Source: a virus | Virus record (IMG/VR): IMGVR_UViG_3300007346_000025 | Location: 8,793 to 72,792 of that record | DNA length: 64,000 nt | Reading direction: 5' to 3' (one strand) | Part shown: one piece after another, positions 1 through 9,600 of the stretch | How positions within the stretch are numbered: position 1 is the first letter of the stretch | Layout of the letters: each line of letters opens with the position of its first letter | Program-made: the position numbers and the translations under genes | Notes under the pieces: generated by a model | What the model was told of the DNA's origin: nothing | Databases searched by the model: none | What the model saw: the letters and a program-made list of their open reading frames with translations, nothing else

Positions 1-2
1 GA

Positions 3-1163
3 ACTAAGAAAAGAGGTCTTGAGGATGAAAGTCAAATTGCTATAAGACAAGGTGAAGGAGATGTAAGAAGAAGTACAAGAAGAGCAATGCGTCAAGATCC
101 TGATGCTTTTTATGAAGGAGAACCATTAGAAGGTATGGTTACTCCTACATCTATGGAAGACTACATGGCAAAAATAAATGCTGATAATGCATTTAAAGTA
201 TTAGAAGAAAGGTTAAAAGAGAAAAATATAAAAGAGAAAAATGTAAAACCAAAATCTGAATATAAATCTAAAAGAGCAGCACTCAATGCTGCACTAAAGG
301 GGGAATCAAGAAAAGACGTTAAAAATTTAGGTAAAGACTTTATTGGTTATAACCAAATACATAAAAATGTTGAAGAGCAAAAAAGAGTTTTTGATGAAAT
401 GCGTAAAGATAAAACTCCAGAAGGTTTAGAAAAAACTCTTAGATATGGTACTGATATCCTTACACCTAATATGGAGAAAGTTTTAGCTAGAGGAAAATCT
501 ATAGAAGATTATCAAGCTAATACTTCAAAAAAAGATAAAAGAAAAAATTTCAGAGAATTTAAAAAAGAAGCTAGAAATAGAGCAGAGGGTGGTTTTGTTC
601 CAGACTATATGGCTTATGGTGGTACACCTATGTATCCTGATGGTGGATTTGTATATAACAATCCTGTAGATAATAGAGATAATACTGTAATGGGTGAAGA
701 CTTCTTTACTGTAAATACAAATAATAATAATATTCCAGATTATCTTGAATGGCAATCAACACCTCAACAAGAAGTTGATGTAACATATCAGCAAAAAAAT
801 AAACTTAATTTTCAACCTAGAGGTTTAATGCCTTTCCTTGGTAATATTGCAAGGAATACTAGAAATGCATTAGATGCTAGTATGATAGATAAGTTTAATA
901 CTCAAAATATGATGTCTTCTAATGGTAGAGTAGCTCCAACAGAAATGCTTTCTCAAGGTAGATATGATATTAATACTGGTAGAGAAATTGATAAAGGTTT
1001 TGAAGGTATAATTGGAGCTGGACTTACTCAACAAACTTACTCTAAATTTGGTGGACAATTAAACTATGAAGAAGGTGGGGAATATGACCTTACAGAAGAA
1101 GAAATCCAAGCACTCATTGATGCCGGTGTAGATATTACTTTATTAGAAGATTATGAAGATTAG
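3..1163 (+). CDS. virion/cargo structural protein, 5'-truncated by the window
   Basis: Frame is open from position 3, upstream of the Met at 87. Repeated xxGG motifs (AEGG, AYGG, PDGG, KFGG, EEGG) and a C-terminal YEEGGEYDLTEEEIQ segment of the kind seen in crAss-like structural proteins. Confidence 0.6.
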   Translation, partial: TKKRGLEDESQIAIRQGEGDVRRSTRRAMRQDPDAFYEGEPLEGMVTPTSMEDYMAKINADNAFKVLEERLKEKNIKEKNVKPKSEYKSKRAALNAALKGESRKDVKNLGKDFIGYNQIHKNVEEQKRVFDEMRKDKTPEGLEKTLRYGTDILTPNMEKVLARGKSIEDYQANTSKKDKRKNFREFKKEARNRAEGGFVPDYMAYGGTPMYPDGGFVYNNPVDNRDNTVMGEDFFTVNTNNNNIPDYLEWQSTPQQEVDVTYQQKNKLNFQPRGLMPFLGNIARNTRNALDASMIDKFNTQNMMSSNGRVAPTEMLSQGRYDINTGREIDKGFEGIIGAGLTQQTYSKFGGQLNYEEGGEYDLTEEEIQALIDAGVDITLLEDYED

Positions 1164-3441
1164 AATAAATAAATTACCTAAAAAACTTACTAAAGCATTA
1201 GTAGGAAAACAAGTACAAGGATCTCTTGCCATTACTCCATCAGCATGGGGTGGTGGAGATTATAATGATAGTCTTGCTAATAAACAAACTCAAGTTAGAG
1301 ATACTTTACAACCAGTACCAAGAAATCTTGCTAATTTAGAAGCAGAAAGAGGAGAGTATGCATATGGTGGAATCTCTGGTGATAATATTCCAGATAACTT
1401 TAAAATAGGTGGTAAGAGACATTCTAAAGGTGGTACACCATTAGATCTTCCGGAAGGGTCATTTATTTTTTCTGACACAGCATCAATGAAGATTAAAGAT
1501 CCATCTGTATTAAAGATGTTTGATCTTAAACCAAAAAAAGGTGGATATACTCCTGCAGACATTGCAAAAAAGTATGATATTAATTCATACAAAAAATTGC
1601 TTTATGATCCAAATACAGATGAGTTAACAAGAAAAACTGCAACTATCATGATTAAAAATTATATCATGAAGTTAGGATATCTTTCTATAGTTCAAGAAGC
1701 AATGAAAGGATTTCCACAAGGAATGCCTGAAGTAGCAAAACCTGTATTGGAAACTATGGGTTATTCTATGGAGCAATTTGTTCCTGAACCTGTACAACAA
1801 GGTCAACAAGAAATTATGGCTCAAGAGCAATCTGAAAATGAAATGCCAACAGAAATGCCAAATGGAGAACCTATTGCATCAATGGAAACAATGTATGGTG
1901 ATGATGCTAATGCTCAACAAATACCAGTAAACCCTTCTATGCCAATGGCAGAGTATGGAATGACTCTTGGTGGTTATGATATGCCTATGTATCCTAATGG
2001 TGGTATGATAATTCAACCATATGGAAGAGCAAATACACCTGCAGGAAATGAAACACCCACAGCTAAATCAAATACATGGAGTTCTCGTCAGCAACCACTA
2101 CCTGAATTTTTAGCAGGATGGGAACAACATGTTCCAGGAATTTCTCAAATGACAGAAGGTCAAGCTCAAAAAGCAATGTATGAGTGGGCTCTTGAAAATA
2201 ACCCAAGTGTTATTAGAGATATGTGGAAGGAATGGGGATTAACTGCTGCAGGAAGAGATATACCTAGTCTTGAAAGATTAACAATACCCGGTGATGATTA
2301 TAGACATAGTGGTCATACAGGAGTATTTGATGATGCTACATTAGAAGATATTGAAAACTTAAGAGCTTTACAAGAAGGATTTGTTGATAACAAATTTGGT
2401 GCAAGACAGTTGAGTTATGATTATACACCACCTGAAAAGAAAGGATGCCCTTGTGAGGATGGAACTTACTCTGAAGAATGCTGTCCAGATACTCAGAAAA
2501 AGGGCTGTCCTTGTGAAGATGGTACATATTCTGAAGAATGTTGTCCAGATACTAGAAAGAAAAAATGTAAATGTGTAGATCCACAAACTGGTGTAGAAAC
2601 AATAACAGAAATAGCTGAAGGTGAAGAGTGTAACTGTCCAGGAGGATCTTTTGAGCAACAAGGATTTCAAGATACTCCTGTATATTCAGACATAGCTTCT
2701 AGAAATATTCTTACACAAATGACAATGGATCCAACTGTACCAAGAAGTAGTAGTGTGATGCCTAGTTATACTGAAACACCGGGTGCATATAAAGATTATT
2801 TAGCAGATATACAAAATATTGGTAGAGGACAATCTGCTATGATGGATATGATTCAAGGTACAGCAGGTAATGAAGGTAGTGCTTTTGCAAAAGCAATGAC
2901 AACAGCAGCTCAATCTCAAGCTGCAAATCAAGCTGCTGTTAATGCAACACAAACAGATAACATTAATGCTGCTAGACAAGTTGGTCAGTATAATGCTCAA
3001 ACTAAAGCTCTTAATAATGCTCAAAGAGCTGAGATTATGAACCAACAACTTCTTGCAACACAAGGAGAAAAACTTCAAGAAGTAATAAACCGTAATCAAC
3101 TAGATCAGAATAAACAGGCAGCACTTCAAGATGCTGAAAGTGAGTTACAAGGTAGACTACTATCTAATTTTACAAATCAGCAATATGGTACAACATATAG
3201 AAGAGGAGTTCCATATTTTAAACAAGGTAAACCAAATGTTCCTGAAAAATCAACTGATGTTAATGAAAGAGTTAAACAGCTTCAAGCAATATATGGTAAA
3301 GATGCTAAAATAGGAGACTTACTTCAAATTATTAAAATGGAGCAGCAGCAGCAGCAGCCAAAACTTGTTAAAAAAGGTGGGCAAGCAACAGGTGGAGGAT
3401 ATATATTAGGTGAAAATATTTTTCCATTCATGTTTTACTAA
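1153..3441 (+). CDS. crAss-like virion cargo protein with Cys-rich tandem repeat
   Basis: 762 aa. ANLEAERGE...GKRHSKGG resembles the EAExGE...HxxGG motif of crAss-like structural proteins. Q/A-rich coiled coil near the C-terminus. Confidence 0.65.
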   Translation: MKIRINKLPKKLTKALVGKQVQGSLAITPSAWGGGDYNDSLANKQTQVRDTLQPVPRNLANLEAERGEYAYGGISGDNIPDNFKIGGKRHSKGGTPLDLPEGSFIFSDTASMKIKDPSVLKMFDLKPKKGGYTPADIAKKYDINSYKKLLYDPNTDELTRKTATIMIKNYIMKLGYLSIVQEAMKGFPQGMPEVAKPVLETMGYSMEQFVPEPVQQGQQEIMAQEQSENEMPTEMPNGEPIASMETMYGDDANAQQIPVNPSMPMAEYGMTLGGYDMPMYPNGGMIIQPYGRANTPAGNETPTAKSNTWSSRQQPLPEFLAGWEQHVPGISQMTEGQAQKAMYEWALENNPSVIRDMWKEWGLTAAGRDIPSLERLTIPGDDYRHSGHTGVFDDATLEDIENLRALQEGFVDNKFGARQLSYDYTPPEKKGCPCEDGTYSEECCPDTQKKGCPCEDGTYSEECCPDTRKKKCKCVDPQTGVETITEIAEGEECNCPGGSFEQQGFQDTPVYSDIASRNILTQMTMDPTVPRSSSVMPSYTETPGAYKDYLADIQNIGRGQSAMMDMIQGTAGNEGSAFAKAMTTAAQSQAANQAAVNATQTDNINAARQVGQYNAQTKALNNAQRAEIMNQQLLATQGEKLQEVINRNQLDQNKQAALQDAESELQGRLLSNFTNQQYGTTYRRGVPYFKQGKPNVPEKSTDVNERVKQLQAIYGKDAKIGDLLQIIKMEQQQQQPKLVKKGGQATGGGYILGENIFPFMFY
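2437..2556 (+). repeat. 2 x 60-bp in-frame tandem repeat (KKGCPCEDGTYSEECCPDTQ/R)
   Basis: Two near-identical peptide units with synonymous differences. Confidence 0.9.
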
Positions 3442-3443
3442 AC

Positions 3444-3468
3444 TTTATAAGTTTAATAAACTTATAAA
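3444..3468. promoter_or_regulatory. 25-bp palindrome TTTATAAGTTTA-A-TAAACTTATAAA
   Basis: Perfect 12-bp arms, intergenic, directly upstream of a GTATTTTTATA element and ORF 3502. Confidence 0.55.
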
Positions 3469-3501
3469 ATTTTAGTATTTTTATAATGTAAAGAATTTAA
3501 T

Positions 3502-6500
3502 ATGGCAAAGTATCCACAGGGGGTTTCAAGTTTTATTCCACAATATCAACCATACCAGGTTGATTTTAATTATGTGAATAATATGCTTGCAATAAAGCAA
3601 GATCAGTATGATAGAAATTGGAAAGCTATCAATAAAGTATATGGACAGCTTTACTATGCTGATCTTACTAATCCCGCTAATATTCAAAAAAAAGAACAAT
3701 TAGAAAAACAAATTGATTTTAATTTAAAAAGAGTTGCAGGACTTGATTTATCATTAGATCAAAATGCTACTCAAGCTTTACAAATATTTAAACCTTTCTA
3801 TGAAGATAAAAGTCTAATGTATGACATGGCATTTACCAAAAATGCTAAAATGGAAAAACTTACCGGTGAGTCATATAGAACAGCTACTGATGAAAAAATA
3901 AGAGAGCAGGCTTGGTCTGAAGGTATTAAAGCAATAGATTATAGAATTGATGAGTTTAGAAATTCTCCTATAGATGATATATTTTCTATACCTTCTCCTA
4001 AGTATGTCCCTTATCAAAATGTTAGTAAGAAAGCAATGGCTTATGCTAAGGAATTAGGGATTAAAGTAAAAGACTTTGGATTTACACCAGATGGTAGATT
4101 TATTATTGAACAACAAAATGGACAACCATTAGTAGGACCATTATATAAAATGTTTATGTCTGCATTTGGTAATGATGAGTCTATTATGGATGTGTATAGA
4201 ACACAAGCATATGTAAATAGAAAAGATTATATGTATGCTAATAAAGATAAATTAGGTAGTCTTGAAGCAGCAGAAGCTGAGTATTTAAATACAAAATTAC
4301 AAGGATATAAAGCTATTACTCAAGAAAGATATAATTTATTTAAAAATCAAGATAATACTTATACAAAGAATATTCAAAGCTTAGAACGTAGGATTGCTTC
4401 TGGAAATAAAGATCCTAGAGTAGCTGATCAATTAGAAAATATAAGAAAAGCTCAACAGGAAAATCAAGTTTTATTGGCTAAATATCAAAAATCCATAGAA
4501 GTAATGGATGATGGTATATCTAGAACGGCTAATACTCAAGGAGGGGCTCCATCTAAAGATATAAATGATCTAAGATATAAAGTAGATTTTCTTGAACCTA
4601 GTTATATGTTAGAACAAGATCTTAGAGATGCTGCAGAATCATATGCAACTACAACTTCTGAAAGAACTATTAAAACAAATCAATTTAAACTTCAAGAAGA
4701 AAGAGCTGCACAAGCTAGAAGTTTGGCAATACTTAAAGATAAATTAGATACTAATAGACTTATTTTAAAATATAAACTTGACTCTGGAGAATATGATTTA
4801 GTTGAACAAGACAATCAAAAATTTTTAGTACCTAAAAAAGAACTTAATGAAGTTGAACCTATTAAAACTGAAGGAGGAGAGGGATTTACTAAACAATCAA
4901 ATGAGTCACAACAAGAAGCTCAAAAAAAACAAGAGGAAGTAGAAAGAACAAGAAATGAGCAAAGTGTAAAATCTATGTTTAGTACAATTCTTCAACTTCA
5001 TGAATCTGGAGATATGTCTGATGAAGAATTCTTTAGTATAACTCAAGATCTTGGAATGTCTGAAAGATGGAATAGACGGCACCCCACTAAAGAAGCATTT
5101 AATTTTGGTTTTCCATCAAACTCTGATTCTAAAAATGATAGAAGAAGGAAGCTTGAAAACTATTCATCATTAGATATTAATGATATGTCTCCATTCTCTA
5201 TAGCAGAAGTAACAGCTGGATTTAAAAATTGGATTACTAAAAAGAATAAACTTCCAGAATATCAAAATAATGGAAATTTTCAAAATGTAATAAATAACTT
5301 TAATAATATTGAAGATATTGGTGAAGGTCTTATTGCTAAACATGACCTTAAAGTTAAATATGCTGAAGAAACTAGTAGATTATTAAATAAAGAATATAAA
5401 ACTAATCTTGGTAAATATCTATTTGATAGTGATGGTAATATGCGAGATGATATTACTATAACTCAAATGATGGTAAATGATGGATTAGTTGTAGATGCAG
5501 ATGGTAATAAAATTGGTGTTGAGGGTGGTAATGATAATGCATATGGAACACAAAATAGAGCTTGGTTGGGTACACCAAAAGGTTTGGCAGCATGGACGGC
5601 TGCAGGTGCATCATTTGGTCTGATGGGTGGACCATTTGCTGAAGTTACAGTTCCTGCTGGTGCTTTCATTGCTGGTGTTGGTTATCTTGGAAGTAGTTTT
5701 GGAACAGCACTTTATGATAAAATAGTTCAAGGAGATGATCCAAATGTATTAGCTTATGTAAAAGGAGAAAAAGATGGTTGGGAGTATAATAGATCAGTAA
5801 AAGATGCATTAGAATTTGCAAAAGAATCTTTTGGTGATTTACAAGAAAAAAATATGATTAAAACACCATTATATGGTTATTCAAATACAGGAGGTGGAAA
5901 ATTTTTAACAAGCTCTGGTAGAATTACTGTTATGCCTGGTGCTTTTGGTACAGATAATTTTAAAAGATATTCACAATTAAATAATGCATTTAAAAATTTA
6001 TCCTATACAAAAGATGAAACAAGAGCAAGTGTTTCAGGTTATAGTGAAAATGATTGGAATACTGCAACTGATGAAAAATTAAATTCTGTTACTCAAAGTA
6101 TACTTAAAGATCTTTATGAATATTCTAAAAATAAAAAAAATAAAGATAATAAATTTACTTTAGATTTTCATCCAGTTGCAAATGGGTCATTAAATTATTC
6201 AGCTGTTACAATTGATATACCTGAAAAAATTGCTGAAAAATATAAAATGAAATATGAAGGTAAAGAAAATGAATCAGGTTTCTTAAGTTCACAAGTATAT
6301 GATAAGTTAATTACAAATGGTTTAACACTTATTACTAAAAGTTCAAACTTTGCTGGAACAGATCTTTATGATAAGGCATTTATGGATCCTGTAGAAAATA
6401 GGGTAAGGGCACAATATGCAATTGATGGAACAGGAGTAACATATACAAATCCATACTATGATAATTACTCAATTTCTTTTACACAATTACCAAGTGGAGA

Positions 6501-6663
6501 TATAGAATATAAACAAACAATTCCAATGTGGAATCCAAATACAAAGAGTTATGTGGATGTAGGAGCATCTGCTGTATTATCTGGACAAGGTTTACAACTT
6601 CAAAAGTTTAGAAATAATTTCTGGACTCAAGTTGCAGAGATGAATGAAAAAAATAACCCATGA
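3502..6663 (+). CDS. virion ejection/cargo protein with glycine-zipper membrane segment
   Basis: 1053 aa, no Cys. Hydrophobic GLAAWTAAGASFGLMGGPFAEVTVPAGAFIAGVGYLG segment. Lies just before the giant ejection genes. Confidence 0.65.
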   Translation: MAKYPQGVSSFIPQYQPYQVDFNYVNNMLAIKQDQYDRNWKAINKVYGQLYYADLTNPANIQKKEQLEKQIDFNLKRVAGLDLSLDQNATQALQIFKPFYEDKSLMYDMAFTKNAKMEKLTGESYRTATDEKIREQAWSEGIKAIDYRIDEFRNSPIDDIFSIPSPKYVPYQNVSKKAMAYAKELGIKVKDFGFTPDGRFIIEQQNGQPLVGPLYKMFMSAFGNDESIMDVYRTQAYVNRKDYMYANKDKLGSLEAAEAEYLNTKLQGYKAITQERYNLFKNQDNTYTKNIQSLERRIASGNKDPRVADQLENIRKAQQENQVLLAKYQKSIEVMDDGISRTANTQGGAPSKDINDLRYKVDFLEPSYMLEQDLRDAAESYATTTSERTIKTNQFKLQEERAAQARSLAILKDKLDTNRLILKYKLDSGEYDLVEQDNQKFLVPKKELNEVEPIKTEGGEGFTKQSNESQQEAQKKQEEVERTRNEQSVKSMFSTILQLHESGDMSDEEFFSITQDLGMSERWNRRHPTKEAFNFGFPSNSDSKNDRRRKLENYSSLDINDMSPFSIAEVTAGFKNWITKKNKLPEYQNNGNFQNVINNFNNIEDIGEGLIAKHDLKVKYAEETSRLLNKEYKTNLGKYLFDSDGNMRDDITITQMMVNDGLVVDADGNKIGVEGGNDNAYGTQNRAWLGTPKGLAAWTAAGASFGLMGGPFAEVTVPAGAFIAGVGYLGSSFGTALYDKIVQGDDPNVLAYVKGEKDGWEYNRSVKDALEFAKESFGDLQEKNMIKTPLYGYSNTGGGKFLTSSGRITVMPGAFGTDNFKRYSQLNNAFKNLSYTKDETRASVSGYSENDWNTATDEKLNSVTQSILKDLYEYSKNKKNKDNKFTLDFHPVANGSLNYSAVTIDIPEKIAEKYKMKYEGKENESGFLSSQVYDKLITNGLTLITKSSNFAGTDLYDKAFMDPVENRVRAQYAIDGTGVTYTNPYYDNYSISFTQLPSGDIEYKQTIPMWNPNTKSYVDVGASAVLSGQGLQLQKFRNNFWTQVAEMNEKNNP

Positions 6664-9600
6664 TGGAAGAAATGGATTTAAATCAATCATTATCACAAGA
6701 GACTAATGATCTTTATTCTGGTGTAACGGATTTTAATGAATATTTTCCTATAAGTCCTTCTGAACCACCTACTGTTACAAATTTAGGAACACAGAATTAT
6801 ATTACAGGATCTGCTCCAGGAAATCTTCCTTCACAGGTTCCAAAAAATCCAGCATATAATTTTGATGATCATAAAAAAGCTATGCAAAATTATATGTGGA
6901 ATTTTGCTCAGCAAAATGCATATGATCCAAATGCTTATGGTAAAATTCAATCTTATGACTTAGGTCCTACTGGTAATGCATATTATCGTAGATATGCTGC
7001 ATCTGGATTAGATGTTATGGATGAACTAGGTTTTTTTCCAACTAAAGATAATGAACAAACTTGGAATGATAATACATCTTGGACAGATGATTTTTCTAGA
7101 ATGATTACCAATTCTTTTGGTACACTTTTTTATGAAGGTGTGGTTTCTGGACCTAAATCATTGTCAAGATGGTTACAGGGAGCTGATTTTTTTGATGTAG
7201 ATCCAGAAGCAGCCATGAATTATGAAAGAGCTTCTGCTATAGGTTATAGCTCAAGAAAAGGAGCTGGTGCATTTACAAGTAATCTAGTTATGAACTTTGG
7301 TTATACAGCAGGTATAATTTCAGAGATTATGTTAGAGGAACTTGGAGCTGCTGTATTAGCTCCATTTACTGGTGGTGCATCATCAGCTGCTGTAACTGCA
7401 AATGCAGCTAGAAGACTTAATAGACTTAGTCATATTGATATGAGTACATTAAGAGTTGCAAAAGGATTTGATGCATCTATGGATGGAGCTCGTCAATTTG
7501 GTAATGTACTTACTGAGTTAAATGATATAAATAATGCAAGGAAAACTTATGAAGCTGTTAAGACATCTAATAATATGCTTAGAGGTGAGAAGTTTTTCTC
7601 TAATTATTTTGTTAAAACTTTAAATCCTGCTACACAAACAGTATCAGAATTATATGATATATACCGTGCACAAGATAATCTTGCTGGGTTTGCCTCTATG
7701 TCTAGAACTTTAGGAGCTTTTTATAGAGATATTAGAACTATCAATATGGCAAGATCTGAGTCAGCTCTTGAAGCAGGGATGGTTCAAAATAAAGTATTTG
7801 AGGATTTATATAATAAGTACTATGCAGAAAATGGAGAAGTTGCTAGTGATGAAGAAATGCGTAATATGATGAACCAAGCACATGCTGCTGGTATTGAAAC
7901 ATCAATGTATAACTTCCCTCTTATATATGCAACTAATAAAGTTACTTTTTCTAATCTTCTTAGTAAAGGAAAAATTAGTAATTATATAAATCAAAGTATT
8001 AGAGAACTTGGTGAGGTTGAAGCAGGAAGATTTGGAAAACTTGGTAAAGTTGTATATAATCAAAGTACTAAACAATTTGAATTTTGGAAATCAGGTTTAA
8101 AAAGTTGGTGGAAAGGTTGGAGAGCTGATCCTTTTTATAAGTCAGTAGGTAAAACAGTTGGATATTTTAAAGCTAATATTTCAGAAGGTATTCAAGAAAC
8201 ATTCCAAGAAGTAATTGCAGATGCTGCAGAAAAGTATTATGTAGAAACTTATGATAGTGATCTTGTACAAAAACAAATGTATAAAAATGGTCAGCTACCA
8301 TATTTAAATATTACTGGGGAATATTTTGCTAAAGGTTTTGAAAGATTCAACCCCTTTACAACAGCAGAAGGACTTGATATATTTGCATCTGGATTTTTTA
8401 TGGGCTTTTTAGGTGGTGGTATGGATAAAGTCATTAATAATACCTTTATCCGTGCTAATAGAATTGTACAGCCAGAAAAATATAAAGAATATAAAGAAAA
8501 GAAATTAGAAATAACTAGAGACTTAGTTAATAGTTTAAATGGTCAAGGGGTAAGTAACTTCATTAATTCAAGAATGTGGGATGCTGGAGTTCAATCTAAA
8601 GCAGCTGCTGCAAAAAGAAAAGGAAATAAAAAAGAATTAGAAGATGCTGAGAATGAAGCATTTATTGCACATTTTACTGTATTATCTGAAAACGGTGTAT
8701 TAGATCAATATTTAGATGGTTTATTATCCTTAAATAAGTTAGGGGACGAAGAATTTATTGATGCTATGGATAATAGTATTACAGCAGAACAAATACCTCA
8801 AGCTAAACAAAAAATCACAGATATAGTAGATAGAGCTAAAAAATTAGAAAGTAAATACAACTACTACAAAGAAAAATATCCTAGTCCTGTAGACATGAAA
8901 CTGTTTGATCCAGGAGCTAGTGAAGATTATACAGAAGCATATATCATGAATCAAGCATGGGAATATGCAACTAAGCAAGCAGTATTTTATAATGAGTCAT
9001 TTGAAAATACTATGCAAAGAATGAAGGACATCATGGAACTGCAATATAATGAACGTCCTGTTAGTAAAATGACTAAAAGACAATCTGATGTATTATTTGT
9101 ACCAAAATTATTATCAAATGAAATAGGTCTTTTACAAAATGAAATTGATGCTTTATCAGAATTAGATGATCCAGCATCAAAAGAATTATTAAAAACAAAG
9201 AAAAAAGAACTTAACGCACTTATTAAATACAAAGAAAAATTTGATTCATTTGACAGATATTATCATAGAGGTAGATATATTGAGGGTGTAAAAGAAAAAT
9301 TATCTAAAGAAAGAGGTGGTGTTGAAATAACTAATGAAGAAGCTTCTGCATATATTCTTGAAGCATTAGGGGTAGATGAAGCTACTGAAGAAAAAGAACT
9401 TAAATTAATTTCAGAATTAGAGACTGCATATAAAGAATATTTAAGAGGTATTTCTGAAGTAGAAGATGATTATATTTTTACAGATGGTATAGATACTGCA
9501 TTTGAAAGATTACTTGACTATTATAAATTAGACAATGAATCAAGAACTCTTGCAGAAGGTATCAATCTTCTTAATGACCCTATGGGTTATATAAATCTAG

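Noticed and set aside
3341-3358. Short CAG run
   Set aside because: Encodes a five-residue poly-Gln linker; too short to suggest phase variation.
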